A stretch of 39,047 nt of DNA from Piptocephalis cylindrospora (GCA_003614145.1 KZ987732.1:1-39047), one strand, 5' to 3'; positions 13,767-24,623 are shown, counted from the stretch's first letter. The notes: generated from the sequence alone by a model not told the origin. Program-made: numbers and translations.

Positions 13767-14731
13767 TGCTACTCCTGCTGAAATGATCTTGGATAATCGA
13801 GGTGGGTGAGATGAAAGCAACGGACTGAGGAGCTTAGGTGAGGTTAGATGAGGTTAGGTGAGGTTAAGTTAGGTTGGGTGCTAGAACTGAGAGTGTGTGG
13901 GGGGATGGGGGAAGAGATGGATGGGACGAGAGATATGGAGGCCAGATGGGGGAGGTAGAGGGTATTTTTATACCTTTTCAGCAAGGACCCCGAGAAAGGC
14001 GAGACCCCTAATAGACATTGAGGGTCGTGGTCACTCAGCAGGAGAAAAACGCATCTCTTCGCCAGGACCGTCATATGATCCAGAGGCGTGGGAGGAGTCG
14101 AGCGAGAGGGAGAAATACTGCAGCTCAAGATGATTCATAGATTCGGGGGGGGGGACGATTTGGCTGGTGTGCTACATCAGTATGAGACTGTCCTTATTGT
14201 CACACAGACATGGACGACGAGGCACACCGCTCAAGATTTACCCGCAGAAGCGGGCTCTGCGTTGCGTATCTGTGTGTATCTGTGTGTTTTCTCCCTTCTC
14301 TACCAGGGAAAAAAAATACAACACCTTATATCGCTATCCCCTGGAGCCCTGATCCAAACTTCCCTCCACAGGCCGCCAATCTACATCGCCGCCCCCGTGC
14401 GCCAACCTTGCTCTCCGCCAATGGAGGGGGGAGAAGCGGTGAGATCAGCTGATATGTTCCCACTGTTATATTCCCCACACATCCCCCTCAGTCCACCCTT
14501 GCTGGCGTGTGTGTGTCCCTAGTGAAGTGAGGTGGAGGGGGTAGACATGGCGTGTATCTCCCTCTCAGATCCTATCGAGGCCCGTCATAATAATAATACG
14601 AGCGCTGAGCATACCCTATCCATCTCCTCAGACTTATAGGAAAGGAGAGGGGGAAGGGGTCCCTGTGATGGATGGGATAGGAGGGATGGGATAGGAGGGA
14701 TGGGACAGGATAGACAAGCACTTTCACCACG

Positions 14732-15370
14732 TCACATCCTGACTAGTGTATGCAAATGTATGCGGTTTCCTCCATCTCTCTTGACAGATAAGGATGCACA
14801 AGGAAAAGGAGGCCATTGGGCAAAGGTAAATAAATACTGTATATACACCCCTCTTTGTCTCTTCATGCACACCGTCCAAACCTTCCCCCGTCTGTCAAAA
14901 TGGGCAAAAGGGAGTGTTGGGATGCCGGTGACATTATTCAGCTCTTCCATCAGGGCCTTGGGATCATCCTCATGATGGCCTTTGTCTTGAGACGTCGTGG
15001 AATGGATCAGGGTATTGTCATTGACCTCAAATTCATTTCTGTACTTGGCCCAAAAAGCAAACCATTCTTTGAGGTTTGGATGATCATCCATGCTAAGGTG
15101 GTCGAGCGTCTTGACATTCTCACGCAACCCTTGTACTCGACGCGATAGGGTTTATTCCCACCAAATAGACTGATCAGGACGCATTGAATCATTGTCGCAT
15201 GGAATATATAACTGGTCTTGAGCTGATGAGCAATATCATCGGCTTTCCTCTGAGCAATCGAGAGCTCAGAGGGATGCTTCTCCGGCTTTTGGGGATAAAT
15301 TAGGAGGTGTTCATCCTCGGTGGAATGTAGGCGCTTCTGAGGAACCGTGGCCGTATCAAGACGGGATGGG
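14732..15370 (-). pseudogene. Hypothetical frameshifted ORF pair, possibly a decayed lineage-specific gene
   Basis: Protein-like reading ...PYRVEYKG (ORF 15007-15591) shifts frame into LRENVKTLDH...WFAFWAKY (ORF 14732-15127) at about 15128; no recognised family. Confidence 0.25.
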
Positions 15371-16389
15371 CTGAAAGGAAAAAAGGATGACCTCTTTGGA
15401 TCAGCCGGGAGGGTATGGCATGAGTAGAAGATGTAAGGGAGGGTAATGTGGACGGGAAGGAACGAGTAGCGCAAGATCGTATTTAAACCCGAGAACACTA
15501 TGCACATATAGAATTCTCTTCTCATGACGCATGAAACGGAAATGAGCATCGACGAAGTTTCAGGATCATAGGCTGAAAGACCCAGTAACAAAGGTTGAAA
15601 CGGTCCTGCTCATTAGGGTCACGCATTCATCCTAAGAGAGCGGTGGGGCCAAGATGTTTTGGGCTGGATGTGTATATACATCTGAATGAGCAGAGATGAA
15701 AGGAAGGGAAAGCATTCATGACCAGTGTAGATCCTTAACATGCTAAAGAGCCCACGAGGGATTGAGCATCCCTCGGACCCAATCCTCTTGCATCGATTAC
15801 TCGATGATACCCTCAAAGTGGAGAGGCCAAGTCTGTCGGTGAGACCTTCTTAATCCTCCTGTACAATAGCCCCATCCTGATCCATCTCTCCCATCATTAA
15901 ACCCAGTCGATGAGATCGTCGCTTCTCCTCGTCATCAGCAAGGACTCCTCAACCGTACTGCACACTCATTGAAAAGTACTCCCATCATTCAAACCCCACA
16001 GTGAGCTTGGGTGGCTCAGAAAGCCCTCACCCATTCCATCCCATTCAAGCTCCGACACATCTCACCCTGAAACCCTGTCTCCCTTTTGTTAGCCAAGCAG
16101 CATACAGTGATATAGCTGAGCTGCTCCCTGCTGATGCCAAGTATAGGTAGCCAAGGGTCACTCTCGCACCCTAAAGCTCATATCCCAGCCTCTTCTATCT
16201 TTCCCCCGCCAACCGAATAACCCTTTCCTGCCTCTCATCCCCACCCTAGTCCTCTACCTTTCCTCCTCTCCCCCCCATTCTAGTTACTGGTTTAACCACC
16301 CTTTTGGGAAAACATCCCTTTTGTACCGTTGACCGGCCCTTCCCTCCTTCCTTCCTTCCTTCCCCATCCTACCTCCTCTCCAAAGCCCT

Positions 16390-17937
16390 ATGCGTTCACT
16401 TCACCCTGTCCTCCTCCTCCTCCTTTTGGCCCTGGTTTGGCCTATGAGAGCTCAGGAATCGGACAACAATCTGGATACCCCGGACTCTGAAAAGAACGTT
16501 CATTCCGACAGTACTGCATTGCCTCAGGACCCAGAACCGCATGCCACCTCATTCACTCCTGAGCCCTCTACCTACACCTTGTCAGCGACAGGACCGTACC
16601 AAATCGCAGAACCCACAGGTGCGCCAGATGAGGGAGATGACTCGGAGGGCAGGGATGAAATGACCCTGGTGGATGTGACGAAAAAGGCGTTTTGCCGAGC
16701 CATGGGCAATCAGGATCTCTTCTTTCAGCCCGCCACGGCACAGACATGTCCTGGTAATCTGATACCCATGACGGACAATCTGATGATTGGATGTGTCGAT
16801 TCAAGTTCGTACATCCTCCAGGATCCGACAAAGTGTCCATCCAACGCCTCGATTGTCAATCTCGATTATGTCTACTGTGCCAAGCCCAATCCCAATACCA
16901 AGCTCTGCCCCCCTGGTCAGGCTGCCTATTTTTTCCCCGTCGATAAGAGCGTCTCCCTGGGTAGCAAACCTCCTCCCATTCCAGAGGGCGGTCGAGGCGG
17001 CTCTACGGACGTCGAAAAATCCGGGAGTTCGTCTCCCACGCAAAACACCGACTCTATCCTCTACTGTCATTCCTCGGACCCGAAAATCCTCGGGATCACT
17101 AAGGCCAAAGACGGCTCCAGCAAGTGTTCGAAGGGGCTAGTCGAGGTGGACTCACGGAAGCTCAAATGCTTGCAGAAGGTCAGCAGTGCCAAGAGCGTCT
17201 CTCGTATCCAGAACCCATCCGGCGGGGACATGTGTCTCGCGGGCTGGGACTTGATCAGTCTGGATGACTTTCAATGCTACTCCACCGAATCCCTCATTGG
17301 CATTGCCCCCTCGGTCATGGGTCAGTGCAAACCCGAATACACCCTTATGTACGCCAACACCACGGCCAATGACCTTCTTCGTATGAAGCTGGGTATGCCC
17401 GATCCAGGAGAGGAAAAGCCCAATACCACGGCTAGTCTCTACGTCAAAATCTTTGAGACGGTCCCCCTCTTCTACCGTCAAGTCTATTGCTATGACCCCG
17501 GGGTTACCGGGCTTGGAGGACCTTACGGTTTCAACTTTCTGTGCCAAGACCGGAAGCAATCTCAGGTCTATCCCCAGGACATCTTTTGTCGCCGGGCCGA
17601 TGACCCCTCCACCGGCGGAGTCAACCTGGTCCCCTCTTACGACGACTTTACCTGTGATCATGGCGAGATGCTCGTTAGCATCAAGGATTTTATCTGCGCC
17701 CCTCCCAAGTCGGCCCAGGGTTCTAAAAGCCGATCCATCACCAGGATCTCTCAATCCCGCCCTAATAATGACGGAGGGTGTAGCAATGGTGGGATCCTGG
17801 TTATGAACAAAAAAGTCCGTTACGATCAATGGGGTCATACAATCCGGCTCTGGATCTTGATGGGCATTGGGTCGACCGTCCTGCCTTTATCCACCTTTAT
17901 CCCGGGCATGGGTACGAAACGGTTCATGTGCTATTAG
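16390..17937 (+). CDS. Secreted/membrane-anchored Cys-rich repeat protein, intronless; possible extension to 18123
   Basis: Signal peptide MRSLHPVLLLLLLALVWPMRA, acidic/PST linker, three 6-Cys modules, C-terminal hydrophobic helix IRLWILMGIGSTVLPLSTFIPGMG; C-ending codon bias like neighbouring genes. Confidence 0.8.
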   Translation: MRSLHPVLLLLLLALVWPMRAQESDNNLDTPDSEKNVHSDSTALPQDPEPHATSFTPEPSTYTLSATGPYQIAEPTGAPDEGDDSEGRDEMTLVDVTKKAFCRAMGNQDLFFQPATAQTCPGNLIPMTDNLMIGCVDSSSYILQDPTKCPSNASIVNLDYVYCAKPNPNTKLCPPGQAAYFFPVDKSVSLGSKPPPIPEGGRGGSTDVEKSGSSSPTQNTDSILYCHSSDPKILGITKAKDGSSKCSKGLVEVDSRKLKCLQKVSSAKSVSRIQNPSGGDMCLAGWDLISLDDFQCYSTESLIGIAPSVMGQCKPEYTLMYANTTANDLLRMKLGMPDPGEEKPNTTASLYVKIFETVPLFYRQVYCYDPGVTGLGGPYGFNFLCQDRKQSQVYPQDIFCRRADDPSTGGVNLVPSYDDFTCDHGEMLVSIKDFICAPPKSAQGSKSRSITRISQSRPNNDGGCSNGGILVMNKKVRYDQWGHTIRLWILMGIGSTVLPLSTFIPGMGTKRFMCY

Positions 17938-18417
17938 TTTCTCGGCGCCCTATCCCTTTCATCGGCCATCGCTCTCTTTTTTGGCCTTGGGACATGGTGG
18001 TGGGCAATAAATCAAATGCCCTCTCTTGGTCCTGAATGGCCATCTGTTAGGTGGCTCAACTCGATCGTAGTAGTAGTAAACAGCGATGCTCAGCTCGATC
18101 GTTCCCCGAATACGCCACGATAGAATGGTAAAATCAAAATGAAAAATGGCCATGTTTTCATCTTCCATTCAATTTTCCCACCCCCCACACATCTCCCTTC
18201 TCTCTTGCACACACATAGGGCCAGCCAAATCACTCTCCGCTCCCAGCCTCTTCCGTTCATTCCCGGAACACTCGGCCTCGTCATTCCCGTATCCCTTCTT
18301 TCCCAGACTCTTCTCAAACCCATCCCTGGACTCAGCACGTCCTTTCCGCCCCCGAGCCACATCTCTCTCTTCTCCTCCCTTCCCCCACCCATCCGCTCAT
18401 CAAGTGCAGATTCCGAT

Positions 18418-19467
18418 ATGCTCGCCCGATTCCCCTCCCTCCTTCGGTCCGTGCCCCTGAGCCCTAGGTTCCCCCGGAATCTGGGCACTTTCCGTGGCCT
18501 GGCCTCGGCTGCCCCTAGTCCCTCCAGTCTCTGGGTCTGTGAGCACATCAAGGGCGCTCCCTCCTCCTCCTCCCTATCCGCCCTCACCGCGGCCTCTCGT
18601 CTCTCCCAGCCCATCACCGCCCTAGTCGCAGGCCCAGGAGCCTCCGAGGCCGCTGCCTCCCTTGCCTCTCTGGAACCCGTGTCCAAAGTGGTCGTGGTTG
18701 GCGACGAGGCATACAACCACGGTCTTCCCGAGGTTTGGGCCCCTCTCGTGGCTCAGCTCACCAAGGACCAGGGCTTCTCCCACGTCTTTGCCGCTCACTC
18801 CGCCTTTGGTCGTAACGTCATGCCCCGTGTCGCCGCCACCCTCGATGTCTCCCAGCTCTCCGATATCACAAGTGTCGAGTCTGAGGATACCTTCACCCGA
18901 CCCATCTACGCTGGGAACATCATCTCCACCGTCCAGTCCTCCGACCCCATCAAAATCCTCACCGTCCGGTCTACCGCTTTCCCCTCCGCCGTTCCCTCGG
19001 GAGGCAAGGAGGCTGAGAAGGCCGATGGCCCCCAAATCGATACCGCCAAATCATCTGCCCTCTCTAAGTGGCTCAGTGAGGAGATTGCCAAGTCGGATCG
19101 TCCCGAATTGGGCTCGGCTAAGCGTGTCATTTCCGGGGGCCGTGCCCTCGGGTCCAAGGACAACTTTAAGCTCCTGGAACAACTGGCCGATAAGCTGGGC
19201 GCTGGCCTCGGGGCTTCTCGTGCCGCTGTGGATGCTGGGTACGTGGATAATGCCCTTCAGGTTGGGCAGACTGGGAAGATTGTCGCTCCCGAACTCTACG
19301 TTGCCATCGGGATCAGCGGGGCCATCCAACATCTCGCCGGCATGAAGGATAGTAAGGTTATTGTCGCCATCAACAAGGACGCTGAAGCCCCCATCTTTGC
19401 TATTGCTGACTATGGTCTTGTCGGTGATCTCTTTAAGATTGTTCCCGAATTGGCCGAAAAGCTGTGA
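18418..19467 (+). CDS. ETFA: Electron transfer flavoprotein alpha subunit, mitochondrial
   Basis: Arg/Ser/Leu-rich targeting peptide [12 protein letters not shown]...; [63 protein letters not shown]-binding signature. Confidence 0.97.
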   Translation: MLARFPSLLRSVPLSPRFPRNLGTFRGLASAAPSPSSLWVCEHIKGAPSSSSLSALTAASRLSQPITALVAGPGASEAAASLASLEPVSKVVVVGDEAYNHGLPEVWAPLVAQLTKDQGFSHVFAAHSAFGRNVMPRVAATLDVSQLSDITSVESEDTFTRPIYAGNIISTVQSSDPIKILTVRSTAFPSAVPSGGKEAEKADGPQIDTAKSSALSKWLSEEIAKSDRPELGSAKRVISGGRALGSKDNFKLLEQLADKLGAGLGASRAAVDAGYVDNALQVGQTGKIVAPELYVAIGISGAIQHLAGMKDSKVIVAINKDAEAPIFAIADYGLVGDLFKIVPELAEKL

Positions 19468-20207
19468 ATTCCTGGGTGTGTGGGGAGGAGAGAACAGTGC
19501 TTTTAAAAAAGGGCGTATGATTTCCCGTGAATGATGAAGGACCTGATGGGGCTTTGATTCTGACAATGGGTTGGATGCTTCATCGCATCATGCTTCGTAC
19601 CGACGATCAGTATCCCTAGCATCCCTGTCCCATGCACGATGGGAGTAGGAGATATGAATCTCCTCTGATCGTTCACTCAGTACTTAGAACAGCGTTAAAA
19701 TATGCCCCATGAGGCCCAAGGCATTCAGGATAGCCCCTTACCTACCCCTGTCGACCATAGTGGCATAGGGATATTCCATGTCGCCAATAAATAGCTATAT
19801 GCAGCTGGCCAGGTCATAAAGACTTTGACCCATGAAACCCTGTCCAAACTTGACAACAGACACAGGCAGTTGCCCTTTCAAGTTCATCACCCACACATCC
19901 AAGTCACTATCTTTCCCTCCCCACCCGACAACTCCGCTCTCCAACATCCCCCACTTTCCCATCCCATCTGTCCAAGCCGCTGCTGCGCCTTATGCAGCCC
20001 TGGGCAGGAAAGGGCGTGTAGCTCTGTGTTGGTGGTCCACACCTCTCCATCCCCCTTGGTAGGGCGGTGAGAGGAGGTGCAGCCTCATTTCTCAGATCAA
20101 TATAAATCAACTCTAGCTCATTAAAAACCCCCTAAGCCCATCCTCCCCCATTCCCCTTTACTTACCCGCTAATTATCATCATCATCCTCACTACCCATCC
20201 CCTCATT

Positions 20208-22856
20208 ATGCTCTCGACTGACGTAGACATTGAATACGAAGGAATCACCCATCCAGCTACCCTGGACCTGTCCTTGCCATTGGACCAGCTGGTACGGAAC
20301 CTCGTCCACATCTCCCTTGCCGTCCCAGTCGACCCAACCACCTTGGCCCTACGACTGGCTTCGACCAAGGAACTCCTCAGTGACACCAATATCCGAAGGC
20401 GCGTCACCCATGGCGACCGTCTCCTCCTTGTGCCCTCTCCCGGGGCTGAGGCCCTGGCCCTGGTCAAGATCCTCCGAAGTAGTGATCGAGAAAGAGACTT
20501 GAAAAAGTACATTTTTACCCTGCAAAAGGCCCTCAAGGAAGCAGAATTTTCTCGCGAGTTCGTTGATCTTGCTGGCATTCACATCCTCGTCGATGTCATT
20601 CACACTACCACCGGCAATGCTCTGGCCTATGCCCTCACTAGTATGCTCCATTTGTGTGAGCATGCCTATGGTCTGGAGAAGCTCCCTGGATCCTTCCTCG
20701 ATGACCTCACCCAGATCATTCTTACCCAGGCTCTCACTACTATCTCCCGGCCTGCTACCCTCATCCTCGCCCAACTCGTCTCCACCCCTCAGCCCCCCAC
20801 CACCACCCCGGCTCCCTGCCTCTCCTATGCCTCGATCCACCCCCTCCTCCAGGGCTCCAGTCTGCTGCAGGCCCTCAGTGGCCGTCTTTCCTCCCCGGAT
20901 TTCCTTCTTGCTCAAGCCGCCCTTACCCTCCTCATCACCCTCCTTGCCGAGGCTAGTTCCGCCGATCAGGGCCCTTGGCTCTCCCAGAAGTACGTCGACC
21001 TTGGCGTCCGGGCCGAGGTAGCCAAGCTCATGCGCATGGAGTGTGGGGAGGAAATGAGCAAGCTTATTCGCGACTTTCAACGTCTTGTCCTTCAAGATCA
21101 ACGAAGAGCTAAGCGTTCCGCCATCCAGGCCGATGATTCTCGCTTCGACACCCTATGGGAATTGAGTGGGATTGGACGGAGCATCCCCTCGGGTTCGGGC
21201 TCTGATGAGTCCGGCGACACAGCCTTAGATACTGGGGCCCGACGGTGGAGAGCTCTGGGATTTGAGACGGAGAGTCCGCATCGGGAGCTTCTTCGTGTGG
21301 GATCTCTGGGTCTAGATCTCCTCGTTAGCGCGGCCAAGGCTGATCCAACTTACTTTCGCGATCATATTTCCGCCCAGCAAGCCAGGCCCATGGAAAGGCG
21401 GTGTCCTTGGGCTCGGACGGCCGCTGAAGCCGTCGAACTTCTGGCCGATCAGCTACACATCAGTACGGGCTATGCCACCGGCACGGCTTTCCAGCCCCTA
21501 CAGCTCCTCCTGCCCGAGACCCATCACGTCACTCTTTTAGCCATTCACAGGGCCTGGAAGGAACTCGGGGCCTCTTCCTCCTCCCCGCGTGATCTGGCCA
21601 CCGTCAGCGCCCTCGTCCTATCTCAGCTGAGATATGCCCTGCGAGAAGATTCCCCGAGCTCCCTAGGCCTATGGGACTTTCGACGTACCATGCTTGAGGG
21701 TGACTTTGCCCAGGACCGTGTTCGGCAACTTCGGGATTTGGCTGTCGAGGATGATCTCCTATCCAAGTTGCCTGTTCGGAGCCTCCGGGACCGCATCTAT
21801 AGGGAGAGCTATGAATTTATGAAGCAACAACGCATTGACTGCCTTCTCCGTGGTGCCTGGTTCCCCACTCCCCCACCCTTTCTCCTTCCCCCGGGCTCCA
21901 CTGTTCCTTCTCGGAGCGTTCGGCAGCGGCCTTGGCGCTACTACCGCCTTTCCCCCGATAAGCGCACCCTACACTGGGGGGAGTTTTCGGAGAGGACAGG
22001 TCTGGATGGGTCAGCCACCTCAGGATCAATGTCCACTGGGGAAGGCCCAGGGTTGGAGAAGTTACCGGATAAGGTCGACTTGATGCTCGTGACCCATATT
22101 GTTGTCGGGGTCGGGACACCGGCCCAGCAACGACAGGCCAAGAGGGCCTCAGTTGATCCCGGGACCGGGAATACCGTCCAAGCGGATGGAAGGATGTACC
22201 CCTCCCTTTCCCTCTCTGGCCTTCCCGAAGAAGGCACAGTCCTAGGAGATCGTCCAGCAGGTCTAATGGGTCAGGTGGGTTCAAGGCTCTCCTTCATGGG
22301 AGGAGGAGGTGGTGGTGGTGGTGGAGGGCACTCCAGGGCCCCCTCTCACGCCACCCATATCCCCGCTGCCCCCAGTATATATCCGTCCTCCTCTTCCACC
22401 ATTCTTCCTCAAACCTCCAGCACTCCCATGGGCGCCCCAGCCATGGATGCCACCCTCGGGTCCAGCTCTACGCATCATCAGCATCAACGTCACCCATCCG
22501 TGCAATCCCAGGCTAGGTCAGCCTTTGGTGGTGGGGCAGGAGGGGGAGGGCCTGTACACTCGGCTGTCTCCTTACCCCCTTTGGGCTTTGCCCTTATGTG
22601 TGGGTCTGAACGTACCCTCGCCACCTTTGTGGCCCCAGACCGTCAGGTCTTTGCCGAGTGGACCGATGGCTTCCACATGCTCTTTGACCGAAATATCGGC
22701 AGCAAGGAGACTGCCGATCTCATCCAAGGTCTCACTGAGACCATGACCCGTGTCTATCTCCTGGGTGTTGGGGCCGAAAGGGTCGAGGTCCCCACCTTTC
22801 GTGAGCCCCCCTCGGAGCCCCCGGAGGACTATGACTTTTACTACTCTGAGCTATGA
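20208..22856 (+). CDS. ELMO: ELMO/CED-12 family protein (Ub-like RBD, ARM, ELMO domain, split PH, PxxP tail), intronless
   Basis: EFSREFVDLAG...GNALAYALTS (ARM), WRALGFETESP...GSLGLDLL and CPWA (ELMO domain), EFMKQQRIDCLLRGAWF, YYRLSPDKRTLHWGEF and EWTDGFHML (PH), terminal PPSEPPEDYDFYY. Confidence 0.92.
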   Translation: MLSTDVDIEYEGITHPATLDLSLPLDQLVRNLVHISLAVPVDPTTLALRLASTKELLSDTNIRRRVTHGDRLLLVPSPGAEALALVKILRSSDRERDLKKYIFTLQKALKEAEFSREFVDLAGIHILVDVIHTTTGNALAYALTSMLHLCEHAYGLEKLPGSFLDDLTQIILTQALTTISRPATLILAQLVSTPQPPTTTPAPCLSYASIHPLLQGSSLLQALSGRLSSPDFLLAQAALTLLITLLAEASSADQGPWLSQKYVDLGVRAEVAKLMRMECGEEMSKLIRDFQRLVLQDQRRAKRSAIQADDSRFDTLWELSGIGRSIPSGSGSDESGDTALDTGARRWRALGFETESPHRELLRVGSLGLDLLVSAAKADPTYFRDHISAQQARPMERRCPWARTAAEAVELLADQLHISTGYATGTAFQPLQLLLPETHHVTLLAIHRAWKELGASSSSPRDLATVSALVLSQLRYALREDSPSSLGLWDFRRTMLEGDFAQDRVRQLRDLAVEDDLLSKLPVRSLRDRIYRESYEFMKQQRIDCLLRGAWFPTPPPFLLPPGSTVPSRSVRQRPWRYYRLSPDKRTLHWGEFSERTGLDGSATSGSMSTGEGPGLEKLPDKVDLMLVTHIVVGVGTPAQQRQAKRASVDPGTGNTVQADGRMYPSLSLSGLPEEGTVLGDRPAGLMGQVGSRLSFMGGGGGGGGGGHSRAPSHATHIPAAPSIYPSSSSTILPQTSSTPMGAPAMDATLGSSSTHHQHQRHPSVQSQARSAFGGGAGGGGPVHSAVSLPPLGFALMCGSERTLATFVAPDRQVFAEWTDGFHMLFDRNIGSKETADLIQGLTETMTRVYLLGVGAERVEVPTFREPPSEPPEDYDFYYSEL

Positions 22857-23206
22857 TTGCAGGGATTCCGGGTGGGTAGTATCCTCTATTTGCTTATGGA
22901 AGGCATGTTAATGGGCGTGTTGTTACTGTGGAGTATATTTACTTTTTCTTTTTGCTGTAGGACGTGTATCATTTCAGGGAGGGCACATGCATCTCCTCTT
23001 GCTCTAACGAATGGCTCAAGAAGAGGCGATCGCGTGTGGGAGGGAGGGTTTGGTGGTCGGTCACACTTGCTTCCCCAGGATGGCGGGGATGACACCATGC
23101 ATGCACTTTGGCACATCTCAGCAACACGGGCTTAGTCCTGATCCAGAGCGTACGAACCTCGCCGCTTCTCCCCTCCCCTCTTCCTCCTTCCTCTTCTGAA
23201 TACACA

Positions 23207-24392
23207 ATGAATGGGCAAAAGAGCGCTCAACGGGCCGATGCGTACTTTCACCGCTTTCAACAGCAAGAAAATGGTAAGCGCTTTGATCCGGCTTAAACAC
23301 GCTCCCCCTCAAGACTTAAACTTGACCTCCCTGTAGATCTGCATCAGGCCTTGAAAGTAGCCACAACCTTGGAGGACATTGCCAGTATTCGTCAACAGGT
23401 CAATGACCTGCAACAACGGACCACCGAAGCCTCTACTTACCTTCCACCCCGAGACATTGGCCAGCATCAAAAGGTATCGGGTAGTCATGCCTCCTCTCTT
23501 CCACCCCACTCACCCCATCTCGACCCAATAGGCCTTACAAGGCTTGGTGGACGCTGTAGAGGAGCGAAGGGGTAGAGTGGCCCCTAAAAAGCGATTTGTA
23601 TTCAAGCGATCCGTTTCGAATGCTCCTCGGACCCCCATTCCCAAGGTTACTGAGGTCAAGGAGGTAATGCCAATCCCTCAAAAGACCTGCCCCATACAAC
23701 AATCCATGTATTTCAACGATTTAAGCGAGATCAATACCCTGAACTCTCAAGGGGATGTGGCCTTGGAGGCCATGGAGGGCTGTATCATCGATGCTCGAAC
23801 CATCCCCCTTACCACCCTTCATCTTCGTCGGTTGCATCGATGTCTCATCATCGCCCTGGATGTTCAAGCTAGTGTCATGGTGTTTGACTGTACACAATGT
23901 CTTTTACTTCTTTCCTGTCAACAGGTATGTGGATGAGTGATGAGGATGGTGGTTTTATTTCTCATTATCATGCGCACTCCACGGACGATTAGTTGAGGAT
24001 GCATACGAGCAACCAGATGGATGTCTATGTCCAATCTAGATCAGGCCCCATCATCGAAGGATGTAGCGATATGCGGTTTGCTCCTGTAGCAGCATCATTA
24101 TTCCCGGAGGCCTCACTGACTACATCTTTGGTTGGTTAATTGCGTCGAGTGGATGTAATTTTTCATCCATTTAACCTCTCATCTCCTTCACCATCCCCAT
24201 TGCTAGACGGAGGAATGGTCACGGGTCCAGGACTTTGGTTGGCTACAACGAAATATCCCTTCCCCACACTGGACCATCCTTCCCCAGGAGGAAAGATGGT
24301 CTGGGCAAGGTATAGATCAATTGGGGCCTACAGCTGATGTGGGTAGCATCTTGGCGAGTACATTGCCATGGAAAAGCGCATCCTTCTCGTGA
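23207..24392 (+). CDS. TBCC: Tubulin-binding cofactor C, 5 exons
   Basis: Introns 23274-23336, 23474-23531, 23925-23992, 24131-24206. Motifs ASTYLPPRD, APKKRFVF, CQQLRMHTS, PIIEGCSDMRFAP, WSRVQDFGWL...SPHW. Confidence 0.9.
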
Positions 24393-24623
24393 GCTCTGAA
24401 GAGATGTGTGCCTCAATGTGATCACCCTTACCATGACCACTATGGTCACGCTTAACGATTATGTCCCATGAGGAGTATGCAACTCTAGCGCAAGCAATGA
24501 AGGACAATCGGTCATCATCGTACTCTTCCGTACCTCTTTCTCTACATTGAATTATCAAAGAGAAATCCGTCGTATTGTCACCCATACTCAACGTTCAACC
24601 ATGACACACACACGCACATACGC

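Noticed and set aside
13767..14130. Arginine attenuator peptide-like uORF upstream of arginase
   Set aside because: No AAP-like sequence found; AAP is a feature of CPA1/arg-2, and ORF 13617-13820 is simply exon 1 plus intron.
17935..17937. Genome-wide UAG reassignment as explanation for the in-frame TAG
   Set aside because: TAG ends the LRR gene (6039-6041) at its expected C-terminus and also MSH6 (33626-33628); none of the conserved genes modelled needs an internal TAG.
18139..18417. In-frame upstream extension of the ETFA ORF
   Set aside because: CT-rich promoter/leader sequence; the ATG at 18418 begins a typical mitochondrial presequence.
19505..19560. AAAAAAGGGC resembling the U11 snRNA 5' end
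   Set aside because: No Sm site or closing helix downstream; it lies about 40 nt after the ETFA stop.
17152..21101. Long antisense and alternate-frame ORFs (e.g. 17152-17838, 18090-18716, 18662-19345, 20349-21101)
   Set aside because: Shadows of C-ending codon bias in the real genes; no recognisable motifs.
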